Shown here: piece by piece, positions 1 through 10,155 of the stretch
Layout of the letters: each line of letters starts with the position of its first letter
How positions within the stretch are numbered: position 1 is the stretch's first letter
IMG/VR virus record: IMGVR_UViG_3300037246_001176
Location: 35,924-99,923 of that record
Strand: one strand, 5' to 3'
Length of the DNA stretch: 64,000 bases
Origin: a virus
Program-made: the position numbers and the translations under genes
The notes under the pieces: model-generated
The model's input: only the letters and a program-made list of their open reading frames with translations
Databases searched by the model: none
What the model was told of the DNA's origin: nothing

Positions 1-447
1 GCTGACGTCGTCGCCGTCCTTATTCTTGACTACAGAACGGTCAACGTCAAGCGCATCGTAGCCATACGACCATTCCCGCACAGCCTTGTCGCGCAGCCGA
101 ATGAAGGCCCCCTTGCCTTCCGGCGTATCCATGAGCATCTGCGTCTGTGCCACGACGCCGCCGGTGGCTTCCGGATATTTGGCGAGTATTTCTTGGGGAA
201 GCTCGTTGCGCCCGACCTCCCTCACCGAGATGGGCGTGCCTATGGCGCGGTTGATGGAATCGGTGTTGTGCATGTCCAGCACCAGGAGCTTGTCGCCGCG
301 CTCCGCCAGGGTTTTAGTCCAGCTGCCGGGGTGCGATATGTCCTCTACGAGATCCAGCACGCCGAAGACGGTGATGACGTGCTCCACGATTCCTTTAACT
401 TCGTCAATGACTTTCGTGCTTGCCGTTGGGAATATTTTGTGTTCCAT
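1..447 (-). CDS. HK97-family prohead protease (3' end truncated by window edge)
   Basis: Not in ORF track; manual translation MEHKIFPTASTKVIDEVKGIVEHVITVFGVLDLVEDISHPGSWTKTL...LDMHN...IG...VREWSYGY with catalytic His/Ser motifs; GAGG RBS; downstream of portal and head genes. Confidence 0.85.
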   Translation of the reverse strand, partial: MEHKIFPTASTKVIDEVKGIVEHVITVFGVLDLVEDISHPGSWTKTLAERGDKLLVLDMHNTDSINRAIGTPISVREVGRNELPQEILAKYPEATGGVVAQTQMLMDTPEGKGAFIRLRDKAVREWSYGYDALDVDRSVVKNKDGDDVS

Positions 448-448
448 T

Positions 449-691
449 TTATTTTACCTCGCTTGGCCCCCAAGTCACGTTTGGCCCAAAAGTAATGTTC
501 GGCACCCTGCTCAACGTTCCTATGCGGCATACGGGACATTCGTATTCTGCCATGAAGCTCTCAAACAAGAGCGCCTCAAATCCGCAATGAGAACACAAAT
601 GTTCAACTTTTCGGTGCGTGAACACATAATGATAACGATATTTTTCCATGTCTGCCGTCGTATGGCCGCCGTCCATAGATTCACCCCACAA
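449..691 (-). CDS. Small zinc-ribbon protein (start uncertain)
   Basis: CSHC...CPVC pairs. Confidence 0.5.
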   Translation of the reverse strand: MWGESMDGGHTTADMEKYRYHYVFTHRKVEHLCSHCGFEALLFESFMAEYECPVCRIGTLSRVPNITFGPNVTWGPSEVK

Positions 692-779
692 AACAAAAAA
701 CGCCCGAATCCTGGGGCGTTCTGTCCTGCCGGTACTGACGCAGGTTCTGACACTCAGGTCGGGCGCTCTGGTCGCTCTG
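691..779 (-). terminator. Long intrinsic terminator/attenuator with upstream tandem repeat
   Basis: CGCCCGA (765-759) / TCGGGCG (707-701) stem with internal hairpins, then T-tract; CAGAGCGAC-CAGAGCGCC repeat (779-762) overlaps the 5' arm. Confidence 0.65.
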
Positions 780-958
780 CTGTTGGGTTTTTAACTTACT
801 TCACTCTCATTTTCTTAATGTCAGTCGGGCCAACACGCTCGCCCAAAACCCACTGTGATATGGGCTATAATGTTGCCTCAGAATTTTGCAATGCTGCCAC
901 CACGAACGGGGAAATAGCAGTATCCGTTTCCATAATGGTCTGCGCTTGAGTTTCACTA

Positions 959-1339
959 TCACTGTCGCCCCTCTACTTCTTTTATGCCTATCAATAACTT
1001 GTCAAAACTAGAAGTGCATCCCATCGTGAATTCTGTCTCTCCGATGCGCCAACGTCGCATGTTAACTTCTTCTGGCCAGTAAGATGTAGGCCCAACAGTA
1101 TTGAAGAGTTTGTTAAACGCCTTATCAGGAAAGTCATGTACTATAGGTACATCAAAACGATCTTTGTCAAACGGAACTTCATAAATTTCTACTTTTTCAA
1201 AGTCTATTTCGGACCACGCGGTCTTGGCCGCCAGTCCCAATCTAATATAATCTAGGCTGTCATCCCGCTCGTATGAAGTCGCCACCACATCCGCTAAGAG
1301 CTTACTTTTCATTTCTAGAAGTTCTTTTTCCGAAATCAT
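959..1339 (-). CDS. Hypothetical protein (N-terminus paralogous to 1520..1954)
   Basis: MISEKELLEMKSKLLADV vs MISENELLEMKAKLSADV. Confidence 0.6.
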   Translation of the reverse strand: MISEKELLEMKSKLLADVVATSYERDDSLDYIRLGLAAKTAWSEIDFEKVEIYEVPFDKDRFDVPIVHDFPDKAFNKLFNTVGPTSYWPEEVNMRRWRIGETEFTMGCTSSFDKLLIGIKEVEGRQ

Positions 1340-1519
1340 CCTTTATGCCTATCAATAATCTGTTGGATTTTAGCTTGTTTTTCTACTGCTGAAGACTCAC
1401 ATATAATGACAGAACCATAACAAAGCGGACACGCATATACTGGGTGTGAGGAAGTCACAAAACTCGGACTCAATCTTATCAATCCGTCACGAGGACATAG
1501 AAGTCCACAATTTCCACAT

Positions 1520-1954
1520 TCATATACAACCTCTCTTGGCCGCATGGGATTGATTTCTACCACATCTGTTATTTTCATCTCCATCAAACCTCTGCAACAT
1601 TTCGGATACGGCGATGGGTATTTCTGCGTCAACCTGCGTTCCCTGCAAACACCTCTTGATGATCTCAAGAGCATCAGCCGCGATGTGCGACCAGGTTCCG
1701 CTGCGCCTGTAATGCGTCAGCGCCGTCAGTGCAATGCCCAGGCTCACCTCAAAGGCTTGGCTTTTCAACTTTAAGGTTGCTACTGTATCTTGTTGCTCAG
1801 CCATCAAGCCTCTATGACGATACGATAAAACCTCATCTATCAACTCAACACCTTGTACAACCAGCCATGTCAAGAATTCTTCCGCATCATCTATAACGTC
1901 TGCCGAGAGTTTAGCTTTCATTTCCAGAAGCTCATTCTCCGAAATCATTTCCAA
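1520..1954 (-). CDS. Hypothetical protein
   Basis: ORF with GAGAGG RBS, co-oriented with neighbours. Confidence 0.5.
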   Translation of the reverse strand: MEMISENELLEMKAKLSADVIDDAEEFLTWLVVQGVELIDEVLSYRHRGLMAEQQDTVATLKLKSQAFEVSLGIALTALTHYRRSGTWSHIAADALEIIKRCLQGTQVDAEIPIAVSEMLQRFDGDENNRCGRNQSHAAKRGCI

Positions 1955-1963
1955 ACCTCTCCC

Positions 1964-2158
1964 TCAACTCGTGGCTAGTAAAAAGCCTTTTTCAGCCATA
2001 AATTCTGAAAACAGTCTGTCTTTCGGCTGTTGCTTCATTTCCTCAATGAACTCATCTATCATGTTACAAGGAATGAGATAACCATTGCCTGTCTCTTGCT
2101 GGCTCATTGATTCTGTTAAGCCTGTCAAGATCTCAAGATCTGTTTCAATCATCCCCAA
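1964..2158 (-). CDS. Hypothetical protein flanked by a 22-bp direct repeat
   Basis: ccaaacctctccctcaactcgt at 1951-1972 and 2155-2176. Confidence 0.55.
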   Translation of the reverse strand: MGMIETDLEILTGLTESMSQQETGNGYLIPCNMIDEFIEEMKQQPKDRLFSEFMAEKGFLLATS

Positions 2159-2360
2159 ACCTCTCCCTCAACTCGTAAATCAGCCCCAGCACCTCCTGCA
2201 GCTGCCCCGGCCTGCACACGGAGGCTAGCAGATCAGCTATGGATATGGCATTGGTGTGGCGTTCACCATGGTGTCTTGATTCTACCACAATTGCGCCGTT
2301 TTGTAAAGTGGCGAAAGGCACGTCACAGGTTCGGCAGCGGAGGTCAACGGTCTCACTCAC
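2145..2360 (-). CDS. Com-like zinc-ribbon regulator
   Basis: LRCRTC...IVVESRHHGERHTN resembles the Mu Com-type zinc ribbon; located after head morphogenesis gene. Confidence 0.45.
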   Translation of the reverse strand: MSETVDLRCRTCDVPFATLQNGAIVVESRHHGERHTNAISIADLLASVCRPGQLQEVLGLIYELRERFGDD

Positions 2361-2527
2361 CTTTGCACTTCCAATTTACCAAGATAATCATTGGGATTAA
2401 AATGGCATAGAATCGCCAATTCCCCAAGTGTATGCCTAATGCTGAAAGCCATAGAATTAGATAAAAGGCGTATCCGCGTTGCTGTAGCCATTGAGCCATA
2501 TCATTGTATGATTGCTTCCAGCTCATC

Positions 2528-2866
2528 CTAGTTGAGCCCATCCAGCTCCGCCTTTGTCTCTGGTGACAGCGCCTTACCTTCTGTATCAAGTTCTTTCGTG
2601 AGCAACGATGTGTCCATGCCTATGTCTGTCAAGACCTGATACAGTCCCGATTCAAGGGGCATTATGACCTTGTTGTTGAGTCCTAAATTGCCATGAAAGT
2701 TAAGCGCTTCCAAAACTTCATGAAGGACTGTAGATTCTCTTTGCTGGCGGGTCAACCCCTCGGCTATTTGTAGAATCTGTCGCTTGGCATGGAATCTCCC
2801 GTAAGCGCCGATTATATCGTCGTCGCCGTCCTCAATCAGTTTGTAATCATACCCCAAGATTTTCAC
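2528..2866 (-). CDS. Phage zincin/ImmA-like metallopeptidase-fold protein
   Basis: G.F....Q.I.I...L....RESTVLHEVLEA (HExxH-like variant). Confidence 0.55.
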   Translation of the reverse strand: MKILGYDYKLIEDGDDDIIGAYGRFHAKRQILQIAEGLTRQQRESTVLHEVLEALNFHGNLGLNNKVIMPLESGLYQVLTDIGMDTSLLTKELDTEGKALSPETKAELDGLN

Positions 2867-3616
2867 GCCTCATCCCTTCCGTCGTCGGGCAGCGGAACCG
2901 GATTCTCAGGCCCAAACAGCCACCATTTCCAGTCTGGAAAATGCTCCCGCCAATAATGCGCCGCCAGCTTTGACTTGTCCCCCGTCTCTTCTGCCTTCAG
3001 AACGATGTCGAGGAATTCTTGTTGTCGCTCAGCCTCGGTTGTCACTCGCCGCTCCCCTGCTCTGCCCCAGTTACGGGGGATTCAAGAACTCCTATCACTG
3101 AACAATTCTCATGCCCAGCCAAGAACCTTATATCGCTGAGAAGTGACTGTAGATAAAGTATCAAGTCAGCATCGCTCCTTGTCTCAAACGCCCTCAAGGC
3201 CAAATCAAGAAAATCGTATCTGTGTCCTGCTGTCACTCGCTGCCCTCCGGCTCTGGTTCTTCCTCTTTGAGTTTGAATCTGACATAGGATCGCCAATCCG
3301 TGAACTCAATGAGTTCAATAAGACCTATTCTTCCCGCCGGAACTTCGTCAGTCCACACTATGGGAAAGCCGAATATGCTTTGCGGCAAGTCTTGCTTGTC
3401 CTGTTCCTGTCCAGCTTCAGTCGTCATCCGCTTCCTCCTCACCCTGTTTTTCCAGCATCGGCAAGTACAATTTAAGAACCAGGCCCAACAGGCCGCCGCC
3501 TGCTTCTTGGCGCTCCATCTCTTTGAGAAATTTGCGTGCTATGTCAGGAGGAACGAGCATTCCCCCTATCATCTCTTGCTGCTCTGACGCATCTGCTTTC
3601 TGCCCATCAATTGCTG

Positions 3617-4555
3617 TCACCCGCCGCCTTCCCGTTCCGCCTCAGCCTCCCGCCTCGCGACCTCTGCGTCCATGTCCGCCCGCGCCGCCGCTACCTCTGC
3701 CTCTGTGCCAGCCCAAGCGTCCATGAAAGGTAAAACGGTGCATCTACACTGGATCGTCTCGCCTGGAGGCCCTGCTGGATCGCCTGGCTGCATCAGCCTC
3801 GCACCACCCACTATGAACGGCTGGCCCATCGGGATCGGGCCAGGGCTGCCCCCCTCGCTATATGCCTGCCATGCGGCGAGATGACTGTCACGTGTCCTAT
3901 CGTCGCTAGTCGCCCACCATTCACGTTTCTCCGCCCCCATCGCCCCGAACAACGCCTGACTTCCTGAGTTGCTGGCCCGCATCGTTTCGGTCCTCGATAT
4001 GCTGTCCCGCCTGTACCTCGGCTGCCTGTCGCAGAACCACCGCTCCTCCTGCGACAAGTCCTCGCGCGAGCAGTCCACCCCCTTGTCGTTGATGTACTTG
4101 TTGAACAAGAGGCCCAAGCCGTCACTCATCTGGCCGATGCCCCATCCCTGCTGCATCGCGTCCAGCAAGATGGACGACACATCTTTCTTGGTGGTATCGT
4201 TTATGTCCTGGGCAAAGACCAACATGTAATCTTCTAGCCACGCCTCGGCCAGCCAGTTGCGGACGTCAAACCGCATCCCCAGCATGGCGTCCCAGCTCTC
4301 GCCCTGCTCCGCCACCAGGCCCTCAACCAGCGGCATGAACTCCTCGCGCCACGACTCGTCGGCGAAATCCTCAAAATACTCGTCCCACTTCCTGCCGATG
4401 ACGGTCCATTCAACAGCCTTCACCTGCATCCGCTTCACCAGCTCGCGCTTGTCATGCCAGAACGCCTTCGCCGCCGCCTTTGAGAACCTCGGATCCCACT
4501 TCCTCGCTATGGCGTCCACCTTGGCGTGCATGGCCTGCTTCTGCCGAAACGTCAA
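3617..4555 (-). CDS. Head morphogenesis protein (SPP1 gp7 / Mu F family)
   Basis: ISRTETMRA, WWATSDDRTRDSH, PGDP...ETIQCRC motifs; follows portal. Confidence 0.9.
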   Translation of the reverse strand: MTFRQKQAMHAKVDAIARKWDPRFSKAAAKAFWHDKRELVKRMQVKAVEWTVIGRKWDEYFEDFADESWREEFMPLVEGLVAEQGESWDAMLGMRFDVRNWLAEAWLEDYMLVFAQDINDTTKKDVSSILLDAMQQGWGIGQMSDGLGLLFNKYINDKGVDCSREDLSQEERWFCDRQPRYRRDSISRTETMRASNSGSQALFGAMGAEKREWWATSDDRTRDSHLAAWQAYSEGGSPGPIPMGQPFIVGGARLMQPGDPAGPPGETIQCRCTVLPFMDAWAGTEAEVAAARADMDAEVARREAEAEREGGG

Positions 4556-5964
4556 ACCGCCAGTTCTTTTTTTTTAGCCGCTGGGAGCAGGAGCATCTTG
4601 CGTGTGTCGTCCTCGGCCTCCGGCGCGCCTTCTTCCGTCGTCTCCGGCTCCACGCTCATGCCGGACGGAATCATGCCCAGCGGGACGTAAGCCACATCGC
4701 CGCCGGGTATACCACCCAGGGCCAGGCCCACTTTGTCCGTGGCCTGGTTCGCAGGGACGCCCATCTGCCATAGCATGTGCGCCGATTCTACTAGCTGTGG
4801 TATGTTTTTCTGCAAGGCGGGGACCCTGCTGTAGTCAAAGGCGACGAAGATGTTGCCGTCTTGGAGATAGTAACTATATTCATCTTCAAACCAGCCCGAC
4901 TCGGCCAGCATAGTGTCTTCCCAAAAGGCGCGTCGCGCTTCCTCATAGGCTTTGCCATAGCTGGAGCGGGTTAGTCCTACCCGAGCCCCCACCAGAATGG
5001 GAGGAACACCAAAGGGTGCCAGGATCCTGGACTCGTTGCGTTCGTCTATCTCCTCAAAGCCCATCTCGTCAAAGGTCAACCCCACCCGCTCATACTTGGC
5101 CGACCTATCTGAGACGAATATCTCCTCAGCCCAGTTTTTATAGCCGCCGTATATCTCCTTCCATCTCTCTTTGGCCCGTGCTATAGCCCCATCGTCTACG
5201 CTGCCCTCGACAGTTATCATTCCGGGAACCATGACACCTTTGTCAAAGAAGAGTTTGAGAAAGTGAGTAACGGCGTTGTCTACGTCTATCGACCGGGCCG
5301 CCGGAGACATGGGGGGCATCCCCTCGCCCATTCCTTCCAACGGGTCGCCGGGGTTGGGGAATTTGGGGTGCATCATGTCTTCCGGCAGGATGGGGAAGAC
5401 GCGGTTCTCGCTCCATGCCGCCCTGCGCTGTGCGTCGTCCCACTTGAGAAAGGCCGACTTGCCTTCGGGAACGTAGATGTAGCCCAGTATTATGCCCTGA
5501 CCGTCTACCGTGCCGGGGACGACGAATACCCGGTCGGGACGCAGGTTATACATCGCTTCCGGCAGTTCTCCCTGGCGCTTCCTGTCTAGGAGTGTAAAGT
5601 TGTTGCCCGATATGTTGAGGTAAACGATGGCTTGCCCCTGAAATTCTTTCCAGCTCTGGTGCGGGTTGGGCCTCGCTATCAGTTGGGCCAGTGGCTCGTC
5701 CACGTCTACCGGCTCGCGCTGTTCATAGCTGCCCGTCCAGGCCCTGAGAGGCGCAAGCGTCATGGCCCTGACCTTGTACATTATAGCAGAATAGACTAAC
5801 GTATTGAGATTAAACCCATCAGCCACATACGCCTGATAGTCAATGAGCTTCCAAGCTGGTCGGCCCTCTCTCCATGCGGGCCATGCGACAGGCAACGCCT
5901 TAACTGCCATCGTTGGCGCTTCCCGCACTGCCCTGATTTGTCGTATCCGCATCAGAATGCTCAT
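4552..5964 (-). CDS. Portal protein (HK97-like)
   Basis: 470 aa; LIARPNP, GNNF, LRPDRV, FGVPPILVG; downstream of TerL. Confidence 0.92.
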   Translation of the reverse strand: MSILMRIRQIRAVREAPTMAVKALPVAWPAWREGRPAWKLIDYQAYVADGFNLNTLVYSAIMYKVRAMTLAPLRAWTGSYEQREPVDVDEPLAQLIARPNPHQSWKEFQGQAIVYLNISGNNFTLLDRKRQGELPEAMYNLRPDRVFVVPGTVDGQGIILGYIYVPEGKSAFLKWDDAQRRAAWSENRVFPILPEDMMHPKFPNPGDPLEGMGEGMPPMSPAARSIDVDNAVTHFLKLFFDKGVMVPGMITVEGSVDDGAIARAKERWKEIYGGYKNWAEEIFVSDRSAKYERVGLTFDEMGFEEIDERNESRILAPFGVPPILVGARVGLTRSSYGKAYEEARRAFWEDTMLAESGWFEDEYSYYLQDGNIFVAFDYSRVPALQKNIPQLVESAHMLWQMGVPANQATDKVGLALGGIPGGDVAYVPLGMIPSGMSVEPETTEEGAPEAEDDTRKMLLLPAAKKKELAV

Positions 5965-6083
5965 TCGCCAAAGCCTGCCATTATCGCGTCCCGCATCAGG
6001 GCGAAGGCTGAGCGCAGTTTCCGCGCCACCCAGCCGACGGCGAAAAACGGGAACAGTATCACGTTGCCTATGATTTCTCTCAT
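5961..6083 (-). CDS. Small hydrophobic protein upstream of portal
   Basis: Manual: MREIIGNVILFPFFAVGWVARKLRSAFALMRDAIMAGFGE; ATGA overlaps at both ends. Confidence 0.55.
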   Translation of the reverse strand: MREIIGNVILFPFFAVGWVARKLRSAFALMRDAIMAGFGE

Positions 6084-6472
6084 TTCCAGACGTTCTCCCA
6101 GGCCCCAGTATGGTCTATGAACTCCTTGCTACCACTTACATAACGAAACATAGACCTGTGAATGAGCTTGTAACATCCTTCACCAGGCAATACCAACAGC
6201 ATCGCCTGGCCGCTGTCAGCCAGTATGGTTATGCGCATCTCGTGACAGATGGACTCACTCAGGGGCAGCAGAAGGTATCGGTCAAAATTGATGAATTCAT
6301 CTCCCGGCCCAAGTCCCCCGATCTTGCCAGCTATGATCGGCATGAAGCCATCGCCCGCAGGGATCACGCAACTGTGCAGATATTTCTCTTCGCCCAAGAG
6401 AACCTTCTGCGCCGCCTCAAAACATTTTTTGCAGTAGATGTACTCGGTCACGAATGAACCGCGCTCACTCAT
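6080..6472 (-). CDS. Hypothetical protein inserted between terL and portal
   Basis: 130 aa ORF flanked by duplicated ATGAGAGAA. Confidence 0.6.
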   Translation of the reverse strand: MSERGSFVTEYIYCKKCFEAAQKVLLGEEKYLHSCVIPAGDGFMPIIAGKIGGLGPGDEFINFDRYLLLPLSESICHEMRITILADSGQAMLLVLPGEGCYKLIHRSMFRYVSGSKEFIDHTGAWENVWK

Positions 6473-6484
6473 CTTTCCCTTCTC

Positions 6485-7819
6485 TCATCCGAAGCTCCAT
6501 GTGCTGCCGCCGCCGTAAGCCAGCGCCCCCGCCGCTATCGTGTCGGGGAGGTATGCATTCTTGCCGCTGCCGTACACGTCATCCACGCTCGCATACCTGT
6601 GCTCGCCCTGCATGAACTTTATCACCGGCGATTCTATCTCCCCGCGCTCAATGCCCGATATGTAATTTGACAGCAAGTCCGACCTCGCTCGGCCTGCCAT
6701 GATGACCGACGTCGCATCGCTCGCCATGTATCCGTCCACCACGTCGCCAAGCCCGGTTCCGTCGTGCGCTGCGTCTCCGCTGTACCGGGCCACTCGTTCG
6801 TCAAACTTGCTCACCATCTGCGGCCACGGCCTCCGGCCCATCCGCTCAAATGCCACCAGGCGCATCGGCTTCACGTCTTTCCTGAGCGTGACAATAATTG
6901 TCCAGTCAACCTTCTTCGCCCAGTCCGCGCCGGTCGAATATCGCGCCCCCTCTTGCGGCGGCTCTATCTCTATGTACTCTCCGTTACGCCCTTCATACAC
7001 CCCTAGTTGCGGCTTGAACATCGCCTCAACTGCTTCTGGCAGTATAGCCCGGCTTTCTGGCGAAGGTTCTTGCAGATCGAATTCTGTATTCCACATCGCC
7101 GCCGTAACTTCATTTCGCTTTCGCGCTATCTCTGACACCGGGAGCCAACCGTGCGGCTCAACGGTTTCGCGCCAGCACCATTCAGAAACTTTCCAGCCCT
7201 TCTCCGTCGCCCGCCGCAGCACCTCCGTCATCGTCCCGTCGGCGTATTGATGAGTACTCGAGAGTACGGTCTGCGCAGGAACATCTCCTGTGCTCATCGT
7301 CTGGCCTAATGCCGCGTCCAGTATCTTTATGTCTAGCTCATCGATTTCGTCAAGTCGTAAACGGGGAACATGCGGCCCTCTGACGGATGTCTGCGAAGCC
7401 AAGAGCGCCTGTATCTTGTTGCCCCATACCAGCCGTGTCTCCCGCTTCAGCGGATCGGACGCGAGCAGCTGCCTCGGTGCGCTGTCGTGCTCCCAAAAGT
7501 CCTCCATGTACCCGTGCACCCGCCGCGCCTGCTCGCCGGAACCGCCCAAGACGTTCACGTCAGTCTTGAGCGTTATCGCCTCCGTCAGTCCCAGGAGCGC
7601 CAGCAGCAGACTTTTTCCCCCGAAGGCTCGACTCGCCTTCCACACCGCCACCGGCGAGCGAGCGAAGTACGCGTCTGCGAAAGCCTGCCAGGGCGTGGCG
7701 TGGTTGGTACATATCTGCGTGTCGGGTATGCTGACGCCAAAGGCCAGGTTTATGAATGTTTTAAGGTTCTGCTCTGTCGTTATCGGTAGCTGAAACTGGT
7801 GCTTTGTCGCTGTCGTCAT
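6485..7819 (-). CDS. terL: Terminase large subunit
   Basis: Walker A-like SRAFGGKS, Walker B LRLDEID, nuclease GADWAK / DGTGLG / PDTIAA; next to portal. Confidence 0.92.
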   Translation of the reverse strand: MTTATKHQFQLPITTEQNLKTFINLAFGVSIPDTQICTNHATPWQAFADAYFARSPVAVWKASRAFGGKSLLLALLGLTEAITLKTDVNVLGGSGEQARRVHGYMEDFWEHDSAPRQLLASDPLKRETRLVWGNKIQALLASQTSVRGPHVPRLRLDEIDELDIKILDAALGQTMSTGDVPAQTVLSSTHQYADGTMTEVLRRATEKGWKVSEWCWRETVEPHGWLPVSEIARKRNEVTAAMWNTEFDLQEPSPESRAILPEAVEAMFKPQLGVYEGRNGEYIEIEPPQEGARYSTGADWAKKVDWTIIVTLRKDVKPMRLVAFERMGRRPWPQMVSKFDERVARYSGDAAHDGTGLGDVVDGYMASDATSVIMAGRARSDLLSNYISGIERGEIESPVIKFMQGEHRYASVDDVYGSGKNAYLPDTIAAGALAYGGGSTWSFG

Positions 7820-8384
7820 GGACTATTATCTCTATAATGTCATAACCGTGCATCGTCCCGCTGACTTCAACCGCCTTGCGCTCCGTCTCCAGCGCCGCTG
7901 CCAGCCGCGAAAGCTCTGTCGCCGCCTTGCCAAACTGGGGGATGTCGCCCTGCCTCCAGCGGACGGGCTTGACCACCGTCACCGCGCCGTCCTCGTCTCT
8001 CGTCATCTCGGCCAGCGGAAAGCGCAGCATCTCCTCTATGCGCCGCTTCAGCTTGTCCGCCATGCCCCATTCCCACTCGCGCTGCTCCTCGCGCCGGGAG
8101 CGCCACAGCGCCTCGCGCTCCAGCCGCTGCATGTCCTGCCAAGCGGCGAGGCGGTCTTGCCAATGGTACTTGACAGACCACGTCTTCAGCGTCGGCAGGC
8201 GGCGCGACGGAGGCTGCTCCTGTGACGCTCTTGACACATTGCAGTAACGTTTCCAGAGCAGCGGCAGCGACCTGCCAGGCCCCATGCCGATGTAGTCCTG
8301 CAAGGCGGCGCTGGCCCTCGCCGTCTCGCCGGGGCAGCGGGCGAGAGGAGCTTCTGGATTCCAGAGAAAGTCGGTGTTAGTCAT
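7761..8384 (-). CDS. terS: Terminase small subunit
   Basis: GETARA..A...Y..MGPGRSL...WSVKYHWQDR pattern typical of TerS; directly upstream of terL. Confidence 0.75.
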   Translation of the reverse strand: MTNTDFLWNPEAPLARCPGETARASAALQDYIGMGPGRSLPLLWKRYCNVSRASQEQPPSRRLPTLKTWSVKYHWQDRLAAWQDMQRLEREALWRSRREEQREWEWGMADKLKRRIEEMLRFPLAEMTRDEDGAVTVVKPVRWRQGDIPQFGKAATELSRLAAALETERKAVEVSGTMHGYDIIEIIVHDDSDKAPVSATDNDRAEP

Positions 8385-8393
8385 GTATCAATC

Positions 8394-8996
8394 TCAACCC
8401 CTCAACCATCTATGACCGCATTTAGGACATTCATTCCACCTCTTTCCATCAGACTCACCTTCACCTTGCTCTGAGGAACTTTTTGGTGTAATGCTCAACA
8501 GCGCGTCTAGGTCGTCCCCGTCCACCCCAACCGGCAGCTCCTCTACCCGCGCCAGGTCTTGCAGCAGGGCCACGTACCGCTCCTCGTCCCACAGCCTGGC
8601 GTAGTCGTGTGTGGTGAAGTCCCTGCCGCCCGCCATAACGAGCAAATTGCAGTCAAGTGCATAGCTCTCCGCTGCCGCCTGGCTGGGCGCATCTACTCCG
8701 AACTGAATGGGCACATACCACATGCCGTCTTTGTCATCTAACATGATCCCGATGGGAGGTTTTTGCTCCTGGTCGTACATCCATCTCAGGGTTTCTACTC
8801 TCCCGTTGCCGTCCACGATAGCTCCACCTTCTTGGAGATTAGTATCAAAAGCCGGAGCATCTCTGAATCCGTGTTTTTTGAACGATTCAGCCAAGTCTGA
8901 AATCGCGTGAAGTTTCGGATTCTTTTTCCAAAGAAGCTCAATAGCTTCGTTCAAGCGGACATATTCAATTCTCAAAACCTTTTCGTCATTTGACAT
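8394..8996 (-). CDS. ParB/Srx-like N-terminal domain protein with C-terminal CPKCG
   Basis: NPKLH...L.ES.KKHGF, IVDGNGRVE; typical position before terS. Confidence 0.75.
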   Translation of the reverse strand: MSNDEKVLRIEYVRLNEAIELLWKKNPKLHAISDLAESFKKHGFRDAPAFDTNLQEGGAIVDGNGRVETLRWMYDQEQKPPIGIMLDDKDGMWYVPIQFGVDAPSQAAAESYALDCNLLVMAGGRDFTTHDYARLWDEERYVALLQDLARVEELPVGVDGDDLDALLSITPKSSSEQGEGESDGKRWNECPKCGHRWLRG

Positions 8997-9018
8997 TTTC
9001 TATAAAATCTTTTATAAT
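8990..9018 (+). promoter_or_regulatory. Sigma70 promoter for the inverted HNH gene
   Basis: TTGACA-17-TATAAT. Confidence 0.75.
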
Positions 9019-9147
9019 ATGCTCGTTCAGGTAACAGTAGCCCATCAAGCGGATTTTGTTTTATCATCATGCCCTCTAAGGCTCAAATGGGTGTTACCTG
9101 AACAATAACGCCGCTGGCCTGCGAGGGCTTCTTTGTTGAGGTAATCT

Positions 9148-9948
9148 ATGCTCAGACATTGCGAAATTTGCAAAGAACCATTTGAAACTATCACGGGCAA
9201 GCAGCGATATTGCAAAGATTGCAAATACGAACGCACTCATTGTCATATCTGCGGGCAATATGTCGCGCCCAAGAAAGAACGCAAGAAAAGGTTGTGTCTT
9301 GCTTGTTATCGCGAACAGGTAAAAGTAGAATACAAATGCATTGATTGCGGTAAGCTTGTAGCCTATGATACTATTTCCAGATGCCGCAATTGTGATACTG
9401 CCTATCGCCGCACTCATTACCGACCATGCCCGCAAGAAACCAGAGAAAAAATACGCCAACGCAACTTTGAGAGGTATCAAGATCCAGAATATAAAGCCAG
9501 GTGGCTTAAGAGTATCCAAGAGAGAAGCCGACGGCCAAGCTGGAAACTTAAACAGCAGATAGGCGCTCAATTTCGGAGCAAGAACCCGATTTATTTGTCT
9601 AATCTGCGTGCAGCTATCCAGAAAACGACTAGTACGCCAGAATGGTATGAAATCATGAAAGACAATCCCTGCTGGCAACGCGGCAAAAACCATCCCTGTT
9701 GGAAAGGCGGAGAACATAGACCAAATCAACGAGCACGCCGTTGGAAAGAGTATCGCGAATGGCGAAATGCGGTTTTTGAACGCGACGATTATGTTTGCCA
9801 ACATTGCAAGCAGCGAGGCGGCCAGTTCCAAGCTCACCATAAAAAATCTTGGGCAGATCATCCCGAATTGAGATTTGAGGTCAGCAACGGCATTACTGTT
9901 TGCGTCAAATGTCATCGGAAAATTCACGGTCACTATATTCCTGCCTAA
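9148..9948 (+). CDS. HNH homing-type endonuclease with N-terminal zinc-finger repeats
   Basis: Multiple CxxC, WKGG, YREWRNAVFERDDYVCQHC...AHH...NGITVCVKCH; GAGG RBS; the only convincing plus-strand gene. Confidence 0.9.
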   Translation: MLRHCEICKEPFETITGKQRYCKDCKYERTHCHICGQYVAPKKERKKRLCLACYREQVKVEYKCIDCGKLVAYDTISRCRNCDTAYRRTHYRPCPQETREKIRQRNFERYQDPEYKARWLKSIQERSRRPSWKLKQQIGAQFRSKNPIYLSNLRAAIQKTTSTPEWYEIMKDNPCWQRGKNHPCWKGGEHRPNQRARRWKEYREWRNAVFERDDYVCQHCKQRGGQFQAHHKKSWADHPELRFEVSNGITVCVKCHRKIHGHYIPA

Positions 9949-9986
9949 ATGGTAAACCTTAAAACGTCGCCCTGCGTCATGCTACC

Positions 9987-10014
9987 ATTATACCACAAAG
10001 GCACAGGTTGTCAA
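9987..10014 (-). promoter_or_regulatory. Sigma70 promoter embedded in an inverted repeat
   Basis: TTGACA-16-TATAAT with TG extension, inside hairpin acaaaggcacaggt/acctgcgcctttgt. Confidence 0.6.
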
Positions 10015-10155
10015 GACCTGCGCCTTTGTTCATACCTGGGCCTGCTTCTGATGGTTAATCTAGTATCGCCATAATGCTGATAGGGAGACGGGCCGTTTTC
10101 GCTTCCGCGCCCGCTTTGCAGGCCATCCTGTTTAAATATTTTGATATCCATCTAA

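Noticed and set aside
9094-9933. 279-aa hydrophobic minus-strand ORF
   Set aside because: Antisense to the clear HNH gene, which has its own promoter and RBS
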